Assembly: GCA_030390025.1 (NCBI GenBank)
Contig: CM059432.1
Coordinates: 119,476,001-119,540,000, forward strand
Source of the DNA: Squalus acanthias
Taxonomy: Eukaryota
DNA: 64,000 nt
Direction of reading: 5' to 3'
Below, in pieces: positions 1 to 13,149 of the stretch. The notes beneath the pieces were generated by a model that was not told where the DNA came from, ran no database searches, and worked only from the letters and a program-made list of their open reading frames with translations. A program made the translations under genes and the position numbers. The stretch's first letter is position 1. Each line of letters opens with the position of its first letter.

Positions 1-759
1 TCTTCATGCATCCCACTATGGTTAGATCAAATAAATTCAGGATATGCACCCCTGTCTACTCGTATGGTCCGCCTCTTGTAACGTGCAAGGTTCTGGTGAT
101 TCTTATAGTTACTTTAATCCCCGATATCTTTGTTTCTGCGACCACACATCTCCAACCTAATTCGGAACAGTTTGTCTCAGAAATCCCCAGTGCATAAAAA
201 AAGGGGTGTGGTGAAGCGGTAAATACAGGGATTAACGAGGTGCGGAGAATTGATTGAACTCCCGACGGTTTAAGCGGTACCTTTGTAATTGACTCCTATG
301 GTACTGGCAAATGGTTAGCATTATCTTTCCTATATAGGTGGCTGCCCGTGATAAGCGTGGAAGGTGTAAATGGTGGGAACTGTAGTTCTGAAGCCTTGGT
401 CTGACATTTTATTCATCAGTAGCCCCAAGAAAGGCAGATGCCCATCTTCATACCTATTTTTGAGAAGCTTATATTTATGTTTTTATGATATTCATACAGC
501 GAGGATACCTTTCAGGTAAAAACGATGACTTTATTAAGAATACCCTTGCTCAATACTCTGTACACCTTGCATGGTTGTCAACTGTGATTATAATGGCATA
601 ACTAGCTTTAAGCATAATTGAAAGTGAAAAAATGAATAAAATATCAATAAAGGAAGCAACAAATGTGAAGCCGCATATTTATTTTTCGATAAACAATGCT
701 TAAAATCCACTAACATTATTACAGTATTCTTTGAGATGCTGTATTTAACATCAGCAGGA

Positions 760-1960
760 GCATCATCAGTTGCTGGTTGCTGCAGGTTTGCAAATTACAC
801 AACTCAGTCCACTTCTTAAAAGTAAGGCAGGCACAGCAGGGCATCTCACACGTTCTTGCACATTTAAACAAAAGTAATTTCATGATAACCTTAGGTGCTG
901 GTGCTCTATCCAGCTCGTCAATTGTAAGACTCTCTTCACCATTGATTGTTTCTCGACATCAACAGAACATGGGAGACTCAAATTTACCATCGGCACCATT
1001 AGTAGACGAGTGTTCAATGCAGATTGAATAAGATTCCCTTTTCTGCTATTTGAGGGGAGCCATTAACCTATTGAAAACAAATAGGTTAATGTTACATTAA
1101 AGCAGCGGACAGAAGAATGAATGCGTTAAGTATTCGGCCACTAATATAAGGCAACAGCAAATTCTAGGTTGGGATGCCAAGAGAATTCTCAATGAATTGT
1201 TTTAAGATTGCAACCTGACAGTTGGCATGGAGGCACTGCTTGTAACAATAGTCAGCACAAGCAACGAGTGGCCAGAATGAACATTTCCCTTCCTAGAACA
1301 GAAGAGTTCTCACCTTAACTCATTGACACTACCCATACCAACTTTGGCGCTATATATAAGGCACATAAAAGCCTCGAGCTTCTCATACACCCAAGAAAGT
1401 AAATCTCACTGCCCTTTGAACTACTGGAACGTCTTTCGGCATGCCTTGTCAGAATCTTCAGTGGAACAACCTTTCCACAATCTGTATCACAACCAGTGAA
1501 TACAGTGCCAACTAGATATGTGCAATTATCTACCCCTCTCCAATGTCACTATACTTTATGCATATCTTTTCCCCACTTTTTGATACATTTGAGAGGGCAT
1601 CTTATTTTGAAAGCCACGCATAGCAGGAAGACGTCTGTGCTTTCAGATGCAATTATTACTACGTCATAGTGAAACCGTGATACATATAATGAATGGAACA
1701 TAATTTCAATATTTGCTTCCTCCTGTGCTCATTTCAGCTTCTCCGCTTCCTCATTGGAGCTCTCAGGCATCTTTTAACATATATCTGTTGAGGTTAGTGA
1801 AGGTTTTCAACATTTTTTATGTCATGGAAATTGTTAAGTGGTGAATTGCTTTCGCATTAATGTTCTCTGCAGGTCTAAGTTGCCTTCTCTTCAGAACGAT
1901 TTGCATGCATAAGACCTGCAGCAACGATCAGGTGGTACAATTTTACTATTTGAGAGGTAG
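760..1960 (-). pseudogene. Academ(X)-like transposase fossil, C-terminal XPG/PIN-like nuclease domain and Cys-rich zinc finger
   Basis: Manual minus-strand translation with stops and frameshifts: AQEEANIEIMFHS..VVIIASESTDVFLLC (from ~1728), FTGCDT, LEAFMCLIY..VNELR*ELFCSRKG, HANCQVAI, then APAPKVIMKLLLFKCARTCEMPCCACL..ELCNLQTCSNQ (~945-770). These match recalled Academ motifs QEEADT/DTDV/FTGCD/RANYQ/Cys8. Confidence 0.75.
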
Positions 1961-1974
1961 ATAAGTTCTTATTG

Positions 1975-2632
1975 GTGGCAGGACAGGTTGATAAAGTCGT
2001 TAAAAAAACATACTAGATCCTTGGCTTTATACGTAAAGGCATAGAGTGCATAGCAAGAAAGTTATGCTGAACCTTTATAAATCACTGGTTAAGCTTCAGC
2101 TGCAGTATTGCGTTCAATTCTGGGCACCACACTTTTGGAAGGATGTCAAGGCCTTGGAGAGGGTGCAGAGGAGATTTACCAGAATTGAGACCAGGGATGA
2201 GGGACTTCAGTTATGTGGAGAGACTGGAGAACTGTTCTTCTTAGCACAGAGAAGATTAAGGGGAGATTTAATAGAGGTGTCCAAAATCATGAGGGGTTTT
2301 GATAGAGTAGATAGGGAGAAACTGTTTCCACTGGGAGGAGGGATGGTAACCAGAGGACACAGATTTAAGATAATTGGCAAAAGAACTAGAGGGGGGATGA
2401 GGAGAAATGTTGTTACCCAGTGAGTTGGTATGATCTGGAATGCACTGCCTGAAAGGAGGAAGGTTCAACAGTAACTTTCAAAAGGGAATTGGATATATAC
2501 TTCAAAAAGGAAAAGTTTGCAGGGCTATGGGGAAAGAGCAGGGGAGTAGGACTAATTGGATAGCTCTTTCAGAGAGCTGGCACAGGCACGATGGGCCAAA
2601 TGGCCTTCTTCTGTGCTGTAATATTCTATGAT
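1975..2632 (+). mobile_element. CR1/HER1 LINE 3' fragment
   Basis: LYKSLVKLQLQYCVQFWAP..LERVQRRFTR..TRGHRFK, followed by the CR1 3' hairpin (gatgggccaaatggcc) and an attctatg tail. Confidence 0.9.
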
Positions 2633-2823
2633 TAAGGGTTTTGACATCACTTTCACACTTGGAGATCCTTATTTTCTGAGCAGTTTTTCCTAATGTTAGG
2701 TTGATTCAAGTGCAGATATTTTAAAACGTTTATAGAAAATCACTTCAGTATTCTGCTATAAGAAGGTACTTGATGACTGCTTCTGGTTTAAGGCTGAATC
2801 CTACCGAGCTACCTAAAGTCTGA
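2633..2823 (-). pseudogene. Academ-like transposase core fragment
   Basis: Translates QTLGSSVGFSLKPEAVIKYLLIAEY*S..RISKCESDVKTL. Joins in frame to NKDT at 5898+ once the Harbinger insertion and one TGA TSD copy are removed. Confidence 0.75.
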
Positions 2824-5800
2824 GGCCTAGAAATTGAGCTGCCTAGCTCCTGTTTATCAGTCGCTAAGCGGCCTACTAAATCCCCAATCTGGCGGGCAGG
2901 AATCGGTGTATACTTCCAGTCGGAAGTGGGCCACCCACCATATTGGTACAGGAGGTTGAAATGAATTTATGCAGATGAGGGTCATGCGCTTCATATGGGA
3001 CCTGTTTTCCATTATGAACTGTCTCAGTGCCTCACTTGCCATGTGCTGACCTCGCTCAGTACAATGTGACACTAATCAGATTGCAGGCCCCCCTCTCCAG
3101 CGCTATGTAAAGGGATCATGCCGTACTTACAGGTTAGTTGCTGGTTTGGTATTTCTGGCTAGTATTTGACTGTGAGTCATTTTTGCTGCTTTCTATCACT
3201 CTTGAAAGTTCACTTTTTATACAGAGAGAGATATTTTTCTGCTTTTACACTGCTACTGCTCTTTACCTCACAAATAGTCTGGCTCCAGACATGGGTGGTC
3301 TGCCTTTGGGAAGTGAACTGGGGGAGCAGCAAGGAAGACACCACAGAGCAGGAGAAACTGCCAGGAGATGGAGAAAGAGTAGGAGGGCACTGGATAGGAG
3401 TCCATATCCACAGAGTGTCTTCAGAGAGCATTTCTCCTACCTCAAAGTAACTGAGGAACAATGTATGAGGCACCTTCGCTTTGTCAAAGGAGGCTGACAC
3501 TGAGCTATGTCACAACTCTAGCCTCAAACCCAGGCATCAATAGCACTGCCTGTGGCTGTCAAGGTCACTGCCACCCTCAACCTTTAATCCATAGCTTCCT
3601 ATCAGGCTGCAACAGGCGACATTCACAACATCTCGCAATTCGGAGTGCACCGATGTACCAGGGAGGTCACCGAGACTCTCTATAGCAAGAGAAACACTTA
3701 CATCTCCTTCTGCATTGAGAGAGCGAAGCAGGATGAGAGAGCGCTAGGTTATGCCCATATGGCAGGCTTCCCCATGGTGCAAAGTGCCATTGGCTGCACA
3801 CTCATTGCCTTGAGTGCTCCTTATAACCAGCCTGGCATCTTTATCAATCAAAAGGGATTCCACTCCCTCAACATACAATTGGTTTGCAACCATTGACAGT
3901 GCTTCATGCATATCTGTGCCCGCTATCCTGCCAGCAGTCATAATTCTTTCATCCTGCACCAATCCTCTATGCCACTTTTATTCCAACTAGGCCAACATAT
4001 TTACAGGTTGGCTATTGGGCGACATGGGTTATCTCTTCATGACTCCAGTCAGGAATCCAAGCAGAACTGCACAGCAGGCACTACAAGGAGAGCCATGCTG
4101 CCATATGGAACAACATCAACCAAACAGTGGCCGCCAAAGCCAAGATGACAGTCATCTAAGTTTCCATACCAGCAGTGTGAGCTGCCATACTAGCCGTCTG
4201 AGCTTTCATGGCAGCAGTGTGAGCTGCCATCCTAGCTGTCTGAGCTTTCATGGCAGGAGTTTTTGCTGCCATGGAAACAGTTGAGTTGTCATAACATGCT
4301 CCACCATGGTGGGTTCCACTGCGGTGCTAATGGAGCACAACCCTCGGTCCATGTTGGACAGAATGGTCTCAATGCCCTGCGGATAGCCTTGCGACAAGGG
4401 GTAGCTGGACTCCTCCATGTTCCACAACATTGTGTGCAAGCTCTCTGGCAGGCTGCCCAGTGCATCAAGCATTTCTCGGTCTATGTCCGTGAGCCATCTT
4501 CTGTAGCCTGAGCCATCAAAGTCTGCATCTGAGTCTTCTACAGCAGATCCAGTGAGCTACCTCATCCTCTGTCGAGCTTGCACCATTGGCATCCAAACCC
4601 CCTGCTCTTATGCACTTATGCCCGGTGAGTCACCATGTGCAGACACCTCCTCTAATCTAGCCTCTTAAGTATGTGTGCTGCCAGTATCTGAGTGGGTGCT
4701 TGTGAGAGTCAGATCAACTGACGGTGCATCATCCGGTAGTGCAGGCTTTTCTGCCTCCACTGACTAGGAGGCTTCCACATTCTCAGTACTGAAATGAAAG
4801 AAAGGGACAATGGTTAGCTTGTGGTGTGCGAGAGAGTGGAGAGAGAGAAAACTTAGTATTGGGAGCATCTGCATTTTTTCATGCAGAGTGTGTGTGGTAA
4901 GATAGAAGTTATAAAGGAAAAAGAGGATTAGGTATAAAGACACTCTACATGGCATCTCCTCCAGGATTGTCATGTGACGGGGGCAACTTGTCCCCGGCCC
5001 ATGATGCTAATGCACTTTCCTCCGGTGGGAACAGAGTTTGCAAGCGGGCTCTTGCTCCTCCTGTCTCAGCCTGCTGCCTCGCTTTGTGTGTGACCTTCTC
5101 CTGCAAGAAAGAAGGCAGACTGTTGGTGAGATTGTTGTAAAGTGTTTGGAGAATGTGGCTGTCATGGTGGAATAGCTGATTGTGTGTGAGATGTAAGTTA
5201 GGGGTAAGTAATGGTTGTAAAAGTGGTGAGTGCGAGGAGAATGTGATGCAGTGACCGAGGGAGAGTGAAATGAGGTGGTGGAGAGTAGTGTTAGTAGTGG
5301 TGTCTTTGTTGTAATTAATGAGGGTGTAAGTGATGCAACTGTGAGCACAGTCTTCCTGAGAGTAGTTTTCTGACCTTGACAGTTCAGGTAAGATCATTAA
5401 ATTTTTGAGACACTGTAGCCATGTCCTTGCAACCAGGCTTCTGGCATTCGTGTTCTGCACCACCTTCGCCCACTGCCAGCGAGACATGTACTTAGAGGGC
5501 TACCTACTGCCTGGGGTGTGTAGGGGGGCGGGGGGAGTGGAAGAGGATGTTCCTTCTCCTATCCACTGCTTGGACCAAGGCTTCAAGTGCAGTGTTCAAA
5601 AACCTCGGTGCCCTCTCTGTTCCTTCTTCAGTCATGTCTGTAAGAACTTCCTGCTTTCTCCAGCAGTCGGATTGCACCTCTCCTTTATGAGGTGCAGGCT
5701 GCCTTTATGTGGTGACATGAACGTCCGATAACCTGCCCCCGCGATAGGAGTGCAGCCAATGGGTATTGTTGGCTCCACGCGGCATGTATTTCAAATAGGT

Positions 5801-5894
5801 AGTACGAATATTACATGTAACCTGCATCCTTTCAAAGTAGGGTGTGCAGTGCATGCCGCTCATGCCCAAATACCGTGCCATCAATTTCTAGGCA
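2824..5894. mobile_element. Degraded PIF/Harbinger DNA transposon (transposase remnant + ~3290-4130; Myb/SANT gene remnant - ~5635-4150)
   Basis: TIRs ggcctagaaattga / tcaatttctaggca; TGA TSD at 2821-2823 and 5895-5897; AGFPMVQSAIGCT..KGFHSLNIQLVC..SSHNSFIL motifs. Confidence 0.85.
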
Positions 5895-6368
5895 TGAGTG
5901 TCTTTATTCAACTTCTTCTAATATTTGGTCAACTGGGATTTTTCCTCAAAACATTTTCTGAACCTATTTTCTGAATAAAGAAGAACTTCCTGGTTCCAAT
6001 TATTCTTGATTCATGGGTTGATCAGCAAGTCACTGTGACATCTGTACAGAAAGCAAGTGCAAACTATCATTGCCGAGATGAATGAAAAGTCCACTAGTCT
6101 GTTTTCTTGTACTGTTGCTCTCAGCAGTTCTAGCAGAATTTCAACAGTGGTAATATGGGACATTGAGAATGCAGAAAGATACTAACTGTCCTTGCATAAG
6201 GCACTTTCCAAAGGGTTCAAATATTTGCACAGAGAAGGGGTCTTGACAGTGTCATAAGCTGTTTTCTGCCAAAGGCTTTCACACACCTCTCCTACTCGAG
6301 ACCATCAATGTGCTTTTTTGTCATTACAGTTGAATCTTCGTTAAACAAAGGATAGTGGAGGTCAAACA
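5895..6368 (-). pseudogene. Academ-like transposase core fragment
   Basis: SAFSMSHITTVEILLELLRATVQE..ISAMI and GKIPVDQILEE-NKDT resemble recalled Academ SAFWMSY..EILLGLIRASREG and GRIPVDQTIEETVNKDT. Confidence 0.72.
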
Positions 6369-8820
6369 ATACCCTGTACAGTTGTAGCAGGACATCCCTG
6401 CTTTTATACTCCAACCCCCTTGAAATAAAGGCCAACATTCCATTTGCCTTTTTGATTACTTGCTGTACCTGCATGCTAACTTTTTGTGTTTCATGCACAA
6501 GGACCCCCAGGTCCCTCTGAACTGTAGCATTTTGTAATCTCTCTCTATTTAAATAATAGTTTGCTTTTTTATTTTTCCTGCCAAAGTGGATAACCTCGCA
6601 CTTTCCCACATTATACTCCATCTGCCAAATGTTTGCCCATTCACTTAGCCTGTCTATATCCCTTTGCAGATTTTTGAGTCCTCTGCTCCACTTGCTTTCC
6701 CACCCATCTTTGTATCATCCGCAAACTTGGCTACATTACACTCGGTCCCTTCATCCAAGTCATTAATGTAGATTGTAAATAGTTGAGGCCCAAGCACCGA
6801 TCCCTGTGGCACCCCACTAATTACCGTTTGCCAACCGGAAAATGACCCATTTATCCCGACTCTCTGTTTTCTGTTGGTTAGCCAATTCTCTATCCATGCT
6901 AATATATTACCCCCAATTCCGTGAGCTCTTATCTTATGCAGTAACCTTTTATGTGGCACCTTATCGAATCCCTTCTGGAAATCCAAATACACCACATCCA
7001 CTGGCTCACCTTTGTCTACCCTACTCGTTACATCCTCAAAGAACTCCAGCAAATTTGTTAAACCTGATTTCCCTTTCATAATACCATGCTGACTCTGCTT
7101 GACTGCATTATGATTTTCCAAATACCCTGCTACCGCTTCCTTAATGAAGGACTCCAGCATTTTCCCGACGACAGATGTTAGGCTAACTGGTCTATAGTTT
7201 CCTGTTTTCTGTCTCCCTCCTTTCTTAAATAGGGGTGTTACATTTGCGGTTTTCCAATCTGCTGGGACCTCTCCAGAGTCCAGGGAATTTTGGTATATTG
7301 CAATCAATGCATCCACTATCTGTGCAGCCACTTCTTTTAAGACCCTGGGATGCAAGCCATCTGGTCCAGGGGACTTGTCATCTTTTAGTTCCATTATTTT
7401 ACCAAGTACTATTTCCTTAGTGATAGTGATTGTCTTTAGTTCCCCCTTCCCTGTGGCCCCTTGATTATCCATTATTGGGATGTTGTTAGTGTCTTCTACC
7501 GTGAAGAGAGATACAAAATATTTGTTCAGAGTCTGCCATTTCCACTTTCCCCATTATTAATTCCCCAGTCTCATCCTCTAAGGGATCAACGTTTACTTTA
7601 GCTACTCTCTTCCTTTTTATATACCTGTAGAAGCTCTTACTATCTGTTTTAATATTTCTTGCCAGTTTACTCTCATAATTCATCTTCTCTCTCTTTATTA
7701 CTTTTTTAGTCATCCTTTGCGGGTTTTTGAAAATTTCCCAATCCTTTGGTCTCCCACCAATCTTGGCAACATTGTGTGCCTTTGTTTTCAATTTGATACG
7801 ATCCTTTACTTCCTTAGTTAGCCATGGATGGTGCTCCCTTCTCTTAAAACCTTTCTTTCTCACTAGAATATATATTTTTGGAGAGTTATGAAATATCTCC
7901 TTAAATGTCCGCCACTGCATTTCAACTGTCTTACCCTTTAATTTATTTTTCCAGTCTACTTTAGCCAGTTCTGCCCTCATGCCATTGTAATTGCCTTTGT
8001 TTAAAATCAGGACACTGGTTTGAGATACAACTTTCTCACCCTCCAACTGAATTTGAAATTCAACCATGCTACGATCACTCTTTCCTAGAGGATCCTTTAC
8101 TATGAGATCATTTATTAATTCTGTCTCATTACACAGAACCAGATCCAAGATAACCTGCTCTCTGGTTGGTTCCATTACATACTGTTCTAGGAAACCATCC
8201 TGGATGCACTCTATGAACTTCTCCTCAAGGCTACCATGGTCAATTTGATTTGTCCAATCAATATGGAGATTAAAATCACCCATTATGATTATGACCGTAC
8301 CTTTTTTAGAGGCCTCTATTATTTGTTGATTTATACTCTGTCCAACAGCATTGCTCCTGTTTGGGGGCCTATAGACTACGCCCACCAGAGACTTTTTCCC
8401 CTTATTATTTTTTATCTCTACCCAAACCGATTTGACATCTTGATCTTCTGAGCCACTATCACTTCTCACCACTGCACTGATCCCATCTTTTGCCAACAAA
8501 GCCACCCCACCTCCCTTTCCTTTCTGTCTATCCTTCCGAATTGTCAAATACCCTGGAATATTCTGTTCCCAGCCCTGGTCACCTTGCAACCACGTTTCTG
8601 TAATGGTGATCAGATCATACCCATTTGTATCTGTTTGTGCCATCAACCCATCTATCTTGTTACGAATGCTGCATGCATTCAGATATAGAGCTTTTAACTT
8701 TGTCTTTTTACCATTTCTCCTTGTTTTGGCCCCATTTTCTGTTGCACTCTTATTTTTAAACATTCTGTCCCTTCCTGTCACACTCTGGTTATTATTTCCC
8801 CCATCTCTATCCTACTCTAT
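6369..8820 (-). mobile_element. CR1 LINE ORF2 (APE endonuclease + RT), frameshifted and 3'-truncated
   Basis: ORFs 7486-8781 (ITETWL, GVVYRPP, GDFN), 6654-7472 (PGPDG, GVPQGSVLGP, KFADD) and 6292-6621. Confidence 0.95.
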
Positions 8821-10326
8821 TGAAGGGATAATTACAAGTCCTAGCCCTTTTTGGGCTACACCAGATCAGACGTATTCCCCAGACATTCACCTTCAACTAA
8901 AGTTAGCGGTAGCCGAATCCTAGAGACGCTTAATTGGGTCTAAAGGTTCAGACTATCTCTCCCTAAAGGAAAGGAACAGCCTGAAGATGTTACCATCCTC
9001 TGGATAGCACTTTTAACAAGTTTAACTAGACTGTAACCTTCCGGATATTATGAGGGTCCGGAAACCGCCCCCCCCCCCCCCCGAATTCTGCAACTCCTCA
9101 CAGAAGAGTGTACAGAAATTGAGTTTGCGAGATTGATACAGAAATTACTCTGTGAGACAATTTAAAAAATATATAGATTTATTAAAGAACCGACATGTAG
9201 TTTAACAGCTGTTATGGCAATCGCAACTTTAACCGTTCAAAATACAAATAGCTTACATTTCTTATCAGAGATCCTTATTCTCAAATCTTAACTTCATTAC
9301 ATTTCCACACTTCTACTTATTTCTTAATCCAGAATATCCACCAAAATCAAATACCTTGATTACCCGAGACTCAGAGTTGTAGGCCTACAGAGTGGTTCTG
9401 AAGGCGAGAATCGCTCTGCCCCTTCCCAGCGACTTCTGACTCTCTATCTGAAAAGCTCTATTTTTATACCTTTTTTTAGTGGTTTATTCTTTGAAGTTTT
9501 CTGCTGATGTAAGCTTATTATCTCTAGTCATTCTCTATTGAATTCTTTTCTATTCTTACTGTCATTTCAGCTGCCAACTTTTAGAATTCTGTCTCTACCT
9601 TTAGGTGTTTCAAAAACTTATCATTTTTATGGTTATTATCGATTTATCTATTTGATGCTATTCTTAGGACGTCTTTCTATTGAATTCTTAACTCCCTTTA
9701 GCTGCTTGTTAGCAGACGTCGTGTCTCCTAACTATTCCATTTTCAATACAAACACAATGTGATTGCTTGGTGTCATCTATTGATATTATATCTTCAAAGT
9801 GTTCTGTTTGTACCTTTTACAATTTGTAAATCAAAAACACTTCATCTGGGGTGTTTATTGCATTTCTTATTTACTTCAATTGGTTGTATTAAGAATCATG
9901 TCTCCTTGTTCTAAGTTTAACATAAAACTATTTTACGGCAGGTATTTCTTTTACTTGATGTCATTTTTTCAAAGGCACTTGTTTTTTTTTAATGTTCTGT
10001 GCACCTGTTCGACGTGTTAGATTTCAATACTTTACTTGGGCATTGCTATTGTTTTGGTTCCAAACTACAGACATCTCAGAAGCAAGCCTTTGCTTTTCCA
10101 ATAGGGCCTTTGTCTTTGTATTTACAAACCAATTCCCATTTCAAAGCTTGTTTGGTGTTTACAGCTTTTGTTATCAACTGTTCTTATCTCAAAAGCCTGT
10201 ATTGTGTTTGCAGCCTGTGTCACCGAGGCTTTCCAGACTTTTAAACCCAATATGTCATGTATTAATAATATCAGAAATCTGTTCATAGGATGGTGTATTT
10301 TTCTGAAATATGGCTATTCCATTACA
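8821..10326 (-). mobile_element. Long (~1.5 kb) 3' LTR of a foamy-like endogenous retrovirus
   Basis: TG...CA ends; purine tract (minus aagaggtggg) abuts 10326; minus-strand TATA (~9465) and AATAAA (~9180); homologous LTR starts at 58519. Confidence 0.8.
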
Positions 10327-11244
10327 CCCACCTCTTGACCAAAAGATGAGCTTAAAACATCAGGGCAGAGTTTGGTCAATGTTCCCCATAAGGTTACAAT
10401 AGCATATTAAGTTCACGAGATGCACAATCATGTGTTACATGAAAATTCCTTTCAAGTCCTCCTCGGACAATGTTTTGCCTTATTTTAAATTGTACACAAT
10501 TTTAAAGGATGATAAGTACATAGTCATGCTATGAGCAAAACAACATGTACTTAGAATGTCCAATCGGCAGATGTACGTTCCGTAGAGGTGAGTTATTCAT
10601 ACATCATTTGAAAGTAGTTAAAGCTTGACACGCTGTTCCTTCGATCCGACGTGTGTACAGATGCTTGTTTTCATAAAGGCCTTGCCAGGCACTCAGTTGA
10701 TTCCATCTTCATTCGCGATGTCTTCCTCCTTCGTTAAAGTAACTCATTGATCTTTCCTTGTTTCTGTTGTTGCTTTTCGCAAATCCAAATCCTGATGCGT
10801 TGCCAAGCAACGTGCAGAAGACTGACTAACTGACTGTCGTCAGTAATTCGATTGCATCCATTTCCTGTGTCATGCTCCAAGCTGGGTCTTAAAAGACAGT
10901 GTACAACTGCACCTTGTATTGTTCCTCCTTTTCGGTATCCTGCAGGACACCTCTTGATATTGTCTATGGAGACAGTTTTAAGAATATGCTTGCCATTCGG
11001 CTGGTTAACATGTATTTGAACTGTTCTTTCGTTAACAACAGAATCTATTTCAACAGGTTTTTTTCCACTTCGGCCTTAAACCAGGTTGTTGCTCGAACTT
11101 CTTTTCCTGTACCCATTCTCCTACTATGGGTTGCCATGCTTTATTTGTCAATTTTTCTGCCTATTTGCTTCCCTTATCCTCTGATCAATGTGATGAATTT
11201 CTTCTGTTACTTTTTTTTTCTAACTGTCGCTGTCGGATCAAGGA

Positions 11245-13127
11245 CTAAAAGTGTGTAGAGGCAATAAAAGAACTATGGGTAAATGGTGTATGCATCTCAA
11301 CCCCATACATCAGATAATATGGAGATTTAGGGGACACTGTCCCTGATGTAGATGTGGGCACATTATTAAGTGATAGCTGTACTTCCGGAATGATGGTGGT
11401 CCACTTATTCCCCCTGATTCTCAACAGTTTGACCAATAGCTTTATTACTTCCTGGTTTTTACGTTCCACCAGCCACGCTGATTGCGGATGACGTGGTGTG
11501 CTGTGCTCTAAGCCAATCCCCCTTTGTTCACAGTAGGCTTTGAAGACCTTGAATACAAAAGCTCCGCCTTGATCGGAGTGTAAGATTTTGGGTGCACCAG
11601 CTACAGTAATTATATCAGAAATAGCCCTGGCAAGTGCATTTTCCTAAATAGTTTTTGTAGGGACCAGCCAGCAAAAGAAAATGCATCCATCCACACAAAC
11701 GAGAACATGTCTATATCCCAAAGATGGGGAAAGTGGTCCAATATCGTCAATCAAGAAGTTTCCCATTGGCTCATCAGCTTTCACAGGAGCCAATGGTGGG
11801 GCTTAATTTAGTGATGACTTACTGGTCGAATAGCATGGCTCACAATTTGCCACGTATGTTTTACAGGCTCTAAGCATGCCTGGCCACCAATATAAGAGGG
11901 TCAATTTGCAGAATGTTGTTCTGGCACCACAATGTACTTAACTTATGCCCTCATGAGCTTCTTTTACAAGCTGTTCTCGTTTGTGGCTCGGGGGTACTTC
12001 TCGGTTTCCCTTGGGCAACTTAACTAGTACAATATCCATAGGGGTTTCCGAGTAAAAGTACTTTGGTGGATATTCTGGTGGATTCTCTGTTATCGGGTCT
12101 AATAGCTGAATCAGTTCCTCATCCTGATTAGCTGCCCGTTCTGCCCTAGTGATTACACTAACATTGGCAGGCCCCTCCTGAGGGGGTATCATGCAGACCG
12201 AACATTTCGCTTGTTCGTCAGCAAGGCTGTTTCCTCTTGAGTGTACTATCCCAGTGGTATGCCCATTTACTTGAATCACCTGACAATTCTGTTTCTCCAT
12301 CCTCGAATGGAGAATTTCTTCTCACAATGTGGGTTTAATAATGTCTGCTTTCTCTAAAGCACACCGTAATGCTGCGGCTTCAGCATATTGCGCTGTCTTA
12401 TGGCCAAGGGGTTTAGACAGAAATTCTTCTGTATAAAAAGAATAGGAATCTTAAAAAGTCCCTACTACTATCCCCATCCCAGCTGAGGATTGTTGGGATG
12501 TCTCTTTTTTAATCGTCATTGATGTTCCATCACGGTAAATAACTTGATGGTATCCTGTAAGCGGTCTCATAGGTATTTGTCTGATTCCCTCCTCCATATC
12601 ATCATCCTCCATGATGGGGAGATGCTCTATCTTTCCACATTGATTTGGATAGCGTTGTAGATGAGGATATTATTATTAATGAGTTGCCCAAGGAGGTCTT
12701 TGCCTCTCCCCTCTAGGCAAGTTCGATCAAGCTGTGTTCGAACATCTTTTTCCCTGTCATCCTGGTCCGTGGATGCTTTTACAGGTTTGGTTGAGATTTT
12801 AAGGTCATGTTTCATGTCTATTTGTCCTATATTGAGAGAACAGGCCAATTGTGGTACCAGGCCAACATCTAGGGTCACCGTGATTCCATATATAGTAATA
12901 GGTATTTTGTAAAAATTAATTATTTTGGTTTTGTCTTGTGTGAATCCCCCTAATCGTGTTTTACAAATTGGGCTCCCCAAATCTGTCCAGTTAGTTTTTG
13001 TAATTGTAGGATGTATTACAGTGTAATCAGCTCCCGTATCAAACAGGGCCTTCACTTGTGTGTTTGTGGGCAAGGTTGCCAAGGCATAGGGGAATTCAAG
13101 AGGCCCTGGCTGCGTGCCAGGCCTTCA
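11245..13127 (-). pseudogene. pol: Foamy-virus-like pol remnant: protease, RNase H, integrase; RT deleted
   Basis: ALFDTGAD (PR); PLGHKTAQYAEAAA and HSRGNSLAD (RH); YPPKYFY..VPP..AH..YWWPGM, GPLSPSLGYRHVLVCVDG, HSDQGGAF, STPRHPQS..VERKN..VQLSLNN (IN). These closely parallel recalled prototype foamy virus Pol. Confidence 0.85.
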
Positions 13128-13149
13128 ATCCTGGGATTGTTCATCCTCA

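Noticed and set aside
4150..4280. CRISPR-like periodic repeats
   Set aside because: Short tandem repeats without unique spacers, inside a Harbinger Myb gene, in eukaryotic DNA.
6130..6190. WD40-like host exon (VVIWDIEN) on the plus strand
   Set aside because: The opposite strand gives a much longer Academ-like match and no partner exons exist.
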